DNA from: Camelus dromedarius
Lineage: Eukaryota
Length of the DNA stretch: 64,000 nt
Reading direction: 5' to 3'
NCBI RefSeq assembly: GCF_036321535.1
Contig: NC_087450.1
Span: 45,260,001 to 45,324,000 of the forward strand
Below the pieces are notes generated by a model that did no database searches, was not told the DNA's origin, and saw only the letters and a list, made by a program, of their open reading frames with translations. This document shows positions 47,950-58,304 of the stretch, piece by piece. Position 1 is the stretch's first letter, and every line of letters starts with the position of its first letter. The translations under genes were made by a program, and so were the position numbers.

Positions 47950-50900
47950 AGCACGTTCCAAGGCCAGGGAACCGAGGCAAAGGGCAGCCCTTTTTATCTA
48001 CCTGCTCCGACGCCCCTTTCCCTTCCCTGCTTTCTCACTCCAGCCCAGGGGTGGTGGCGGGGCAGCACGTGCCAGCGTCTGCGCCCCCTCTCGGGCACCC
48101 GGCGCTGCCGCCCGTGCGCCACCGGCTGCCAAGGAAGGGAAATCCCGGAGGAAGCCATTGTTGTTATTATCACGTCCCCTCTTGTCGTCATAGGCTGAGG
48201 CGTGCCTAGAAGCTCCTTTCCCGCATAGGGCTCCGCAGTTTCTGCCCGTTTTCGAGGTCGCCCGCCCGGGCGGCTTCGGGCGAGGCTACCGCATAGAGCC
48301 CTGGATTGAGTGGTGGCCCTCGTGTCCCAGCTCCAAAGCTCTCAGAACTGGCAAAGCCTCAGGCCCGGTGCGGAGCTTCGAAAACCGACGGCGTCAGGCA
48401 GGACGTGACCCGGGCCCTGGCATCGGCGAGCGGGGACATGAATTCCACCCCGTCTCTGAGACGGACCAACAAGGTGACCTTAGCCCGGCTAGTGGCTTCC
48501 CCTCTCGCCGCTTCAGTCTGTCACCCTAAAACCCAAGGAAGGAGCTGAGGCCCCAAGCCACTAGAGGAGGTTGGAGGACGAAAGCCACCCCCTCACCCTC
48601 GCTTTCTAGCCCCACGTGGACTTGGGGCTAGGCCTTGGGCGGGGAGTTGCGGGGACCGTGCAGAGAAGAGGCTGGAGTTGGCCCCGAGCGGGGCGTGGGT
48701 GGAGGCGCGGCGCCGAGGGCGCGCGCAGACCCTTTCGTTCTTCCGTTCTGCACCGCTACCCCGCGCAGAACGATCCGTTAGCACACGCCGCCCGCAAACC
48801 TTGGCATCAGCCGCACTCTCCCCCGCCAGAACAGCCAGCCCGCCGCCCAGCTTGCCTAATCCGTTCAAGCCTCACCTCCTCCGCGAAGCTCTCCCGGGTT
48901 AACCCCATCACTTCCAACCACTCTAATTGGCGCGTTCTCCAGTTTTTTTTGTCTGTTTTTGGAAGTGCACACTCAGTCTCTGTTTGGAAAAACAATGTTG
49001 GGGGTAGATGTCTATCACCAGAACCCTAAATTCATTCTGAAGGGTATTCTGAAACTCAGGGTATTCTGAAGGGTGGGGTTGTTGGGTTTCTTGCCTTGGC
49101 TCACTAATCACTCCCACCCTCCAAGCTTTCCCATCCATGCTCACTATTTCCCCTCCTCCTACGGACCCTCCTCTTCACAGAGTGTCACAGCTTGGAGTGC
49201 ACAATCCAATCACCACCCTCTTTTCATCCTACACTGGCGGCAGGTGTGAGAGGCAGAGAACATTGAGCATTTGAAGCTTCGATTCCAGGCTCAGCCACCG
49301 ACTTTGCTCTAAGTCACTCCTGCCCCTGGGGGCTTTCTTAGAACAAGGCAAAATCAGGTAATACCCGGGAAGGTGCTACAGGTTTGGAGGTAAGGAATCA
49401 CCTGCCGACAAACTGACTGCAGCCTCCCTCCATGAACTTGGGGCTTGTGACTCCAGAGAGGTGGCGCCGCTCTTCCCTCAGGCTGCCCCAGCTTCTGAGT
49501 GACAAAACTAAGGCGCGCACTCTCTCCAGTGCGGCGCCCTGAACCGGAGAGGGAGAGAGAGGATACAATTCCAGTTCCAGCACTTTACTTACTGGCCGCA
49601 CGACCCTGGACGCTTCTTCCTCTGGAACTCAGTTTACTCATCCAAAAAGTAGGGATAATGATGGATCGAAGGAGAGCAGGAACCTTTTTGTCACTCCATG
49701 TCTCTATATAAATAAATAATAATGAGTGGTAAAGTACTCGGCAGCAGATTTTCCTCGCGAATTCCGACCCCACATCCTTCACAGAGGGGTTTCTGGCGGG
49801 AGTCCCTGTGGTTCTCCTGGATGTGTCACACTGCTTGCCCACATTCTTTGTGGTACTCTCCTCCACACCCTGCTTCTGTCTCCGTGTGAGGGGCTGGGGC
49901 CACGAGTGACAGGTGGCGGGGGGACGCTCCGGTGTGGACGTGCACGGGGCGGTGTCCCTTTGGCGAAGATTGGTCCAGAGGTTCCTAGGCTTGAGGAGCT
50001 CGGCTTGGAACCGGTGGGCGGGGCTTTGATGGGCGGGGCTAGACCGCCTAGGGGTGGGGCTGTGGATATCTAGAGTTCTCCAGAATCCAGCCGGGGCGTT
50101 AAGGGCTCCTGCCACCCCATCTTGACTCTGGCACCAGGAAATGGGGCTTTGGTCAGGAAGGCGAGGCTCCGGGGAAGGGGCTTAGGCGTGGGGGGTGAGG
50201 CCGAGGAGCGTGGAGGCGGGGCTTGGGGAGCTCGCCCCACTCGGGGCGGGGCTCCAGCGGCCGCGGGATCTGCAGTTCGTACTACCCGCGCGCCACAGTC
50301 GCCGCAGTTCCCTCCACTCTGGTGGCCCCGCGGCCCTGCGGGGATTCCGGGGGTCGGCTGGCCACTCGGACTTGGCGCGGGGCTGGCCCCTCCTCTCCCT
50401 CCATCTGTGGGGTCTAGACGGTCGGGGCCTGGGGGAAATGGAACCCTCTGCCACCACTGGGGGATCGGAGACCACTCGCCTGGTGAGCCCCCGGGACCGC
50501 GGCGGCGCCGGAGGCGGCCTGCGTTTGAAGAGGTAGGACAGACCTGGGCCGGCCCTTGGCCTGGGGCCGCCACCCTCCTGTCTTCCGTCCATTTCGTTGT
50601 CTCTTTCGGCGCGGCCCCGGCAGGCGGCTCCAGCGCCCCGCGACCCCCTCGGCTTTGTGGCGCTGGGCTCTGTCCCCTTCGGCCCACAGAGACGCCCCCG
50701 GTCAGCCCAGCCAGCCCGGACCCCCGCTGCTCAACAGTCTGCTCTGCCTCTTCCCGGCCACCCTATTTCTCCCGGTCCCGCGAAACAGCTCCCCGGCCCG
50801 CTCCACAAGCTTCCCGACCCCTCCGCTGTCCCCGCCGCATCGGACTTCCCGGCGAGCTACTGCCCCTCCGTCGGGCCGAAGTCTGCGCCAGGTGCCCCGA

Positions 50901-51330
50901 TGTACGCATTGCCCTGAGGCCCTGACGATGGGAGCACCTCACTGCCCAGGCTTCGGGGCCCCAACTGCAGGCCCCCGGCCCTATCCAGAGGCCAGCTGTG
51001 GGCACCCGGGCCCAGGATGGGCCCAGGCTCCGCGGCGGGTCTTCTGGGCTTCTAGGGGGCAGGTGGCCGCGGGGAAGCGAGGGGGCGGCAAGGAAGGAGC
51101 AGGTGCGGTCTGGGCGGTGGGGGTATTCCCGGCTCTGCACAGACGGGCCGGGGGCGGCGAGGTGTGAAATGAGGCGCGCAGAGCAGTCGGGACAGAGGGC
51201 CGGGGGCGGCCGGAGAACCGCCTCCGCATCCCGCTGGCCTCCCGCGCCCGGCGCCCGCTGGCTCTGTGCGCCTTGTCCCTCTGAGCGGCCGCGCCAGGCC
51301 CTCCCTGGCCACCTCCTCTAGCCATTTTGT
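47950..51330. promoter_or_regulatory. SLC30A3: Composite CpG islands around the SLC30A3 5' end
   Basis: Dense CpG at 47980-48940 and 49950-51320; multiple GGGCGGGG boxes at 50035-50060 and 50243-50251. Confidence 0.8.
50438..50532 (+). CDS. SLC30A3: SLC30A3 exon 1
   Basis: gaaATGG; [31 protein letters not shown] then AG|gtagga. Confidence 0.95.
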
Positions 51331-54055
51331 CTGTTGGCCCACTGTCCGTTTATCTCGGGAATTTGACAGGGTCTCCAGCTTTTCCTCTTTCCTCATCTCT
51401 CCCAGTTTTCCTTTTTCGTCCCAACCCCTTTCCCTTTGTCTCTGATGTGGTGCCTATGTGTTTCTCGCTTTCCCTGAGTGGGGGCCGTAAGCCTGGGTGG
51501 GTGGGGAGTGGGTGAACAGAAGGGAGGGAAGGCTACCCGTCTCACTCCTCCCTGCAGAGGACTGCAGACGCCGGCAGCTGTGGGGGCTCCTGCCCTGGCC
51601 TTGGCATCTCTTCACATACCTTTTAAACTCTGCTTCTGGCCAGTCTCCCCTTTCTGCATCTCCCCTCTACCCTGCTCAGTATTATTTGTTGTTTGTTTAT
51701 CAGGGGTTTTAAAGGGCCAGAAAACTGTCTTTCCTTCTCTCTAAACAGCAGGTAGTCCCCCCACCACCATTCACACAACACACCCACACATCCACAATGA
51801 GGCTTCTTTAGTGCCCAGTTAATGCAGAACAAAAGGGAGCAGCCTGTTGATGGGTGGCTACCTTGATGCCTGGCTGCACTGTGTCTTACAGGGCCTGGAA
51901 AAGCATCTTGCCCACTGCCCCAAAGCTACCCACATCTGTTTGCTCTTCAGACCGGCATCTCTGACTCCCAGCTTATCTTCATTCTCATATGACCATTAGT
52001 CACCAAATCCTGCAGTATTTTCTGGAACAGATTCTTCCCTACCTACCTGCCCCTCCTCTAAAATTCTGTGGAGGGAGCCTCTGGCCTGGTCTGTTCTCAA
52101 CCCCTCCATCTCCTCTCCTCTTTTCCTCCCAGACTAGTACATTAGCAAGGTCATCTATCCCAGGGCGCAAGAAAGATGAATCATTGTATCTCCCTTTATG
52201 TTCATGTGAGCCCATCACTTTCCTCTTCAGCCCTCAGCCCTTCTTCCGGTTTCTCACACTTAAACTCCAAGCTGCTTATCTTGTCATTGGCATTCATGCG
52301 TCTGGAGCCCCCTTCTCCACCTAGGTCTTATCTTAAACATCGCTCCCTCTGTGAAGTTCTCCTCATCCCCTTTAGAGTTGGCCACTCCTCCCTTGTGCTT
52401 CAAAGTCCTTTGTTCATAGCCCTCCTGGTCCCAGCTTCTCCTTGCAGAGTAAGTCATTTGTGACACATCTGTCTCTCCCACTAGACTAAGCTTCAGTATG
52501 TGTACACTGCCTGATACAGCTCACTGAAGAATAAGGATGGGTTTCAAAGCCACCCTCATCTCCCATCTCTTCTGGAAACACACCTGGAATCATACACATC
52601 CAGATTCTAAGTCTTGAAAGGGAATTCCAAGAAATTTATCTACCTGCTAGCACATGAATTTTCCCCAGAAGCCCCAAATGTGCCCCCGCCCACCTTTCAC
52701 CTGAATTCATTCACTTGGCAGAGCTTTCCTCAGCCAGAAGGCCCCAGGCACCCCTCCCCACTTTATTGCTGTGATCACATTTCTATATGGAGCCTTAATT
52801 TTCTCTAAAGGGTATTCTTGTCACACCCTTGTGAGTATTTCTAGGACTGTACTTTTCTATTTAGGTTCTTTATGCTGTAGAAGATTCTGTTCTTGCTGGG
52901 GTTCAGGTTGGGCAGTAGTAGGGGTGAGAATTAGGCCATAATGGACCTAAAACTCAGCCAGCCTGAGCTTAGCCTCTAGCATCCCCAGGTGAGGCCCCTA
53001 ACCCTGTTCATTTGTCAAGGTAGTTTTATGTTATTGCAGTTAAGGTGGCTTCTGCTGGGTGCTTATGGTCAGACTGAGGTCCAGCTAACACGTGGCAGAC
53101 TCCAAATCTGGTGCTCCTATTGCTACCATCCCCAGCCACAGCAGTCTGCTTTCTCTCCTCCCCATGACAACCCAGCATTGGAATCTGGACACTAGTTCTC
53201 TGTGCCAGGAAATTCAGACTTTTGGGGTCTCAACATTCTACTCTTCTCTTAAAGGGCCACATTCAGCTGCATGTCTAGAGAGGGAATGTGAAGGACCTGT
53301 GAATGAAGGCACTTGGAGATAGGTCTGGGAGGGGGCACTGAAGTTAGGACCACGTGCTGAGCCCCACCCCACACTTTCACACCACCTCCCCTTCATAGTG
53401 CCTTCACCTAGCATGTGTACCTCCCATTTATCAAAATCCTTCCCATCCTTCTAGGCCCTTCTCAGGTGCCTCCTTCAGTTGTTTTCTTGATTTCCTCATT
53501 AGAGGCAGCATTATTCTTCTATCTGAGCCCTGGTAGCACTTTGTTTTAACTGCTCTCAGGCAATAGCTAACTTCTGCTACATCCCATGGTATTTAGGTTC
53601 ACGTTTGTCTTATTCACCAAAGGCTCCAAGAGATCAGAAAGGGTATCCTGCTCATTTTGTATTCCTGTGATGCCTATCATGAATTCATTTAGCTGGAGTC
53701 TAACCTCAGTTCGACCACTAACTAGCTGTGTGGCCTCTATAAGTCCTCTCCCTCTCTGAGCCTCATACTTCTAATTCTTTAATAAGCAGTAGACTAAGGT
53801 GATTTCCACAGGTTCTGTGAAATTCTATGGCTCTGTATATGAAAGGAAAAGGAAGGCTGAGATCTGAGCTGTCCATTTAGCCCCTCTCTCTCATGTGGCC
53901 CTCTGTCAACATAGCTCCTGGGTTTGATCAGGCCTGGGGAGGGAGCAAGAGGTGGGACATAGGATGAAGCCAGTCTGGGGGACCCAGGACCTGGGAGTGA
54001 GGAGCAGGTTTGCCTGTGAACCAGGCCCCAGATTCAAATGTGTTGCCTGCTTCAG

Positions 54056-54237
54056 TCTCTTCACAGAGTCCTCAGAGGCCCTCCCTGAAGAGCCCAAACC
54101 TGTGGAGATGTCCTTCCACCACTGCCACAGGGACCCCCAGCCACAGCTGGGTCTCACCCCTGAGAGGCTGCAGGCGCAGAGGCAGCTGTGTGCCGCCTGT
54201 GCTGTGTGCTGCATCTTCATGGCCGGGGAGGTGGTGG
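54056..54237 (+). CDS. SLC30A3: SLC30A3 exon 2
   Basis: ttcag|T CTC TTC ... GTG G|gtaagt; LFTESSE...FHHCHRD...FMAGEVV. Confidence 0.96.
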
Positions 54238-54679
54238 GTAAGTTGGACAGCAGCTCCTCCAACCTCATCCTCCAGACTCCTGCCTAGGCCACTTTCCACC
54301 CGGAGTCCCAGGGATGTTCCTGGGTAGAGGTGCAGAGAAGATGGGGGTGGCTGGGATGGGGGAGCTGGGTGCCCAGGACTCAGGGTGAGGGACAGTACCA
54401 ATGGGATTCAGAGCAAGGTCTGGGGCCAGGGCTGGCTTCTCAGTAGTAACTGGTCTTTTAAACAACCCTACTTTCCTGTTATGAAAATATGTTATTATAA
54501 AAACACTAGAAAATGTGAATAAGTGAGAAGAAGACAATGGAAACTCCATGTAATTTCGTCACTGGAGAAAAGTTGTAGTTCACATTTTGGTATATGTCCC
54601 CTCGACCTCTTTTCCAAGCCTCTACACACGCTGCATATTTGCTGAATGGACCAGAGTGTACCTCTCTTTGCCCTTGCAG

Positions 54680-54826
54680 GTGGGTATTTGGCCCACAGCC
54701 TGGCCATCATGACCGATGCCGCCCACCTTTTGGCAGACGTGGGCAGCATGATGGGCAGCCTCTTCTCTCTCTGGCTCTCTACCCGTCCGGCCACCCGCAC
54801 CATGACCTTTGGCTGGCACCGCTCAG
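54680..54826 (+). CDS. SLC30A3: SLC30A3 exon 3 (TM2 zinc site HLLAD)
   Basis: ttgcag|GT GGG TAT ... TCA G|gtaagg; [33 protein letters not shown]. Confidence 0.97.
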
Positions 54827-54917
54827 GTAAGGCCCTTCCAATCCTCCAGTGGCCTGATGACCCTCCAGTCTTGGTGCCTCTCAGGGTCCTGGGCAGGTCT
54901 CTGATGGCTTGTCTCCC

Positions 54918-55081
54918 NNNNNNNNNNNNNNNNNNNNNNNNNNNNNNNNNNNNNNNNNNNNNNNNNNNNNNNNNNNNNNNNNNNNNNNNNNNNNNNNNNN
55001 NNNNNNNNNNNNNNNNNNNNNNNNNNNNNNNNNNNNNNNNNNNNNNNNNNNNNNNNNNNNNNNNNNNNNNNNNNNNNNNNN
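54918..55081 (+). other. SLC30A3: Assembly gap, 164 N, inferred to hide SLC30A3 exon 4 (154 nt)
   Basis: Exon 3 ends in phase 1 and exon 5 needs phase 2; no TM3-TM4 exon is visible; the gap is just large enough. Confidence 0.85.
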
Positions 55082-55654
55082 CGTTCCGGTGTGGAGCAGG
55101 CACCATGTGGGATTCAGGGCGAGGGGTCCTCCTCCAGGGTGGGGGAGCTTGCTCTCCCCTCCCGACACACCTGCAGCACGCACACACAGTTCTCATCTGT
55201 CTGCCCTGGGGGGTGCCTGAGAGGGGACTGGGGTAGAGGCCTAAAATTCAGAGTCAGCAGAACTTTATTGAAGGCCATGGTGCTGGGGCTGTCATCAGTA
55301 TTGTCTCATTTAAAGGTCACAACCACTGCACGAGGTAGGTACTATCACTCCTAGTACGTAGTTAATGAAATAGATCCTGAGAGGTGACCAGGTGACTTCC
55401 CCAGGGCAGACAGCTATTTCAGCAGCAGGGCCAGGATCTGAACTCACATCTCTGGCACCAAGTCCAGTATTCATGCCCCCGGGCTGCACTATTTGTCTCT
55501 CTTGGGCAGTATTAGCTTTTTCCTGGGGCTGGGAAAATAGGGAGAAAATAGGTGGAGAAAGGGCTCCTGGGTAGGTGAGAGGAGGAGGCGTGGAAACAGG
55601 CAGAGGAGGCTGTGAGCAGGCGGCCTGGGCTGAGCTGCTCTGCTTCCCCCTCAG

Positions 55655-55853
55655 AATGGCCTTTGTGCTGCACCAGGCTGGCCCCCCTCACAGCCACGGG
55701 TCTAGAGGGGCAGAGTATGCGCCGCTGGAGGAAGGGCCCGGGGAAACCCTGCCCCTGGGGAACACCAGCGTCCGGGCAGCCTTTGTGCATGTGCTGGGGG
55801 ACCTCCTGCAGAGCCTTGGGGTGCTGGCTGCCTCCGTCCTCATCTACTTCAAG
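55655..55853 (+). CDS. SLC30A3: SLC30A3 exon 5 (His loop, TM5 HVLGD)
   Basis: ctcag|A ATG GCC ... TTC AAG|gtaccg; [15 protein letters not shown]...[13 protein letters not shown]. Confidence 0.97.
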
Positions 55854-56106
55854 GTACCGTCTGTGCAAGCCTACCCCAGCCTTCCTCCCCCAACTCTACA
55901 CCCCGGCCCTCCTTTCCCGGACCCCCAGCCTTCCTCCTCCCACTCCAGCTTCCTGCTCCCCAGGACTCCTGGCCCAGGGTTATGGTCCCTTTACCATTCC
56001 CAAGCAGGGTCCTCAGGGGCCTCTCAGGGCCTGTTTGTCCAGGATGCCCCTAGACCTTCCTCTGAAAGTCCCCGATTCCCAGGCTTAGGGCTTTCTTTCT
56101 CTACAG

Positions 56107-56212
56107 CCTCAATACAAGGCAGCTGACCCCATCAGCACCTTCCTTTTCTCCATCTGTGCCCTTGGATCCACGGCTCCCACCCTCCGAGATGTTCTCCGCG
56201 TCCTCATGGAAG
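56107..56212 (+). CDS. SLC30A3: SLC30A3 exon 6
   Basis: ctacag|CCT CAA TAC ... GAA G|gtgaat; [22 protein letters not shown]. Confidence 0.97.
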
Positions 56213-56451
56213 GTGAATCAGATACCACTTCTCCCCACCCCCGGGGCCCTCTCTGACGTCACTCCAGCAGTAGGCACCCCTCTTTTCTCTGAAGAGAGTG
56301 TGAGGAGAAGGCCTGTTGCTGGAAGGAGGATTCAGGGATGGGGTCAACTGTGGGCATCGATAGGGAGAGCGGTATAGGATGGGGAAGGTGGGGTCCTGGC
56401 CTCCGGGCAGGAGTGGCCCTTGCAGTAAGTCGTGGCGGGTGCTGCTTGCAG

Positions 56452-56586
56452 GTACCCCCCGAAGTGTGGGGTTTGAGCCTGTGCGGGATGCCCTGTTGTC
56501 AGTGCCAGGAGTCCGGGCAACCCATGAGCTGCACCTGTGGTCCCTTACGCTTACTTACCACGTTGCCTCCGCACACCTGGCCATTG
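56452..56586 (+). CDS. SLC30A3: SLC30A3 exon 7
   Basis: ttgcag|GT ACC CCC ... ATT G|gtgagt; [32 protein letters not shown]. Confidence 0.96.
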
Positions 56587-57501
56587 GTGAGTCTGCACTG
56601 GCCCCAGCCAGTGATTTCCTAGGAACATTTTTCCCTTCCCCTTCCACCCTTCAAACATAGTAACATGGTCTGAATTACTGGCATTGTTTCCATCTCTCCG
56701 CCTTTCTTAATCTCTATCTCTGTCTCTTGTATCTCTCTCTCTCATGCACGTTGGAGGCAAGAAGCCCTGGACAGGGTATTCTGGGAGAGGTTTCACCCTC
56801 TCTGAAGTGGCACAGGGAACCAGCAACCCTCTAAAACATCATTAGTACCTATAGGTCTGGTGATGGGGCAAAGTTAGGTAAATTATGGCTCCTCCACTTG
56901 GTGCAGCATCTTGTAACTATTAAAAATGATGATTATGAAGACTGTATGGCAACTAGGAAAAATGTTTATGGTATAATGCTAAGAGAAAAAAGCTGAATAT
57001 AAAATTATAGCTACATTATGATTCAACTATTTAAAGTATATATGGTGACTCACAAGCTGACAAAGGATTTTTGAGATTCTTCCAGATGCAAGAAGCAATC
57101 AGAGACATGCAATTTGGATGCCAAAAATATTATACTTTGTAGAATATTTGATGATAACTCTAGAGGGACAATGGGACAGAATATTTAACATCTGGATTGT
57201 CCTGGAAAATCAGGGGTATGGCTGCTGAAACACACAGCTGTGTACTGATACTCAAAGAGCAGAAGAGAATAGAAAAATAAGAACAGTTTAGTGTGTTAGC
57301 TTGATTAGAGATGAGTCTCTTCAACCTTTTCTTGGACCGTTTTATACTGTTCATATAATACAGAAAGAAAATAAAGCTCTTCGTTCAATCCGGCTTTCAT
57401 GCCCTGCAAACCCCTGGGTCCCCCTTCACTCGTCCTTATCTGGACCCCGCCTGCTTCCCGACTCCCCTGGGAACCTGCTGCCTCTTATCACTCCCCTGCA
57501 G

Positions 57502-57650
57502 ACTCCACGGCTGACCCTGAAGCTGTCCTGGCTGAAGCCACATCCCGGCTCCACTCCCGGTTTGGATTCTCCTGCTGTACCCTGCAGGTCGAGCAGTACC
57601 AGCCTGAGATGGCCCAGTGCCTGCGCTGCCGGGAGCCCCCCCAAGCCTGA
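57502..57650 (+). CDS. SLC30A3: SLC30A3 last coding exon
   Basis: ctgcag|AC TCC ACG ... GCC TGA; [48 protein letters not shown]. Confidence 0.97.
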
Positions 57651-58298
57651 GGCCCAGCCCCATCCCCACTCCACTGCCAGGCCCAGACTCAGCCCTGGAC
57701 TCTCAGCACCTGCCTCCCTGCTCATGGACAAGTAATGGAGTTGGGCCCATCCTCCTTCCTCTCTCCTCGCTTCCACCTGTCAACCCCTCAGCCCCAGTGG
57801 GCAAGACCAAAGTGTGTGTGGGGAGTGGGGCCAGAGTCAGGCCAAACAGGGAAATCAGTGCAGTGGGGGTGTGTAGAAGTCCTGTGGTCCCCACTCCCCA
57901 CGGTCTGCGGCGCCCCCAGCCTTCTTTCCAGGCAGTTCATTTGTCTCTGTGGCTGGCTGGCTGGGGGCATCTGCCTGTCTGTGCGCTGTTGGTGTGCCTG
58001 TGCCTGGGGGAGGTCAGCAGGGGCCCCCTCCCCATGTGGCCCTCGCTCTGTCTATGCAGGAGCCCCAAAGCCCGCACTTTGTCCGTGTGTTCTAGCCCTG
58101 TGGTTTTGTGTCTGTGCCTCTGTGTGTGCATTTCTTGGTGCTGTGGCCTGTGTGTCTCTGTGCCTCTATGGCTGTGCTGTGGTCTCTATGAGTCTGCACC
58201 ATCCATGTGTCCGTCTGAGGGTCTGTCTGTCCATCCCTCTGTTGGTGCTGTGTCCTCAGCTCTCCCTGAGAAAGGGAGGACTCCGCCGTAGCTCCGCC

Positions 58299-58304
58299 AA
58301 TAAA
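58299..58304 (+). terminator. SLC30A3: SLC30A3 polyA signal
   Basis: AATAAA about 650 nt after the stop. Confidence 0.85.

Noticed and set aside
50070-51396. Dense 100-270 aa ORFs on both strands around SLC30A3 exon 1, including an in-frame GTG extension from 50195
   Set aside because: CpG-island composition explains the lack of stops; no evidence for non-AUG initiation.
58226-58252. Split RE1-like half sites (CTGTCC...GGTGCTG), and CAGCACCCTGACAGC at ~60270
   Set aside because: Spacing is non-canonical and key bases mismatch, unlike the 18176 site.
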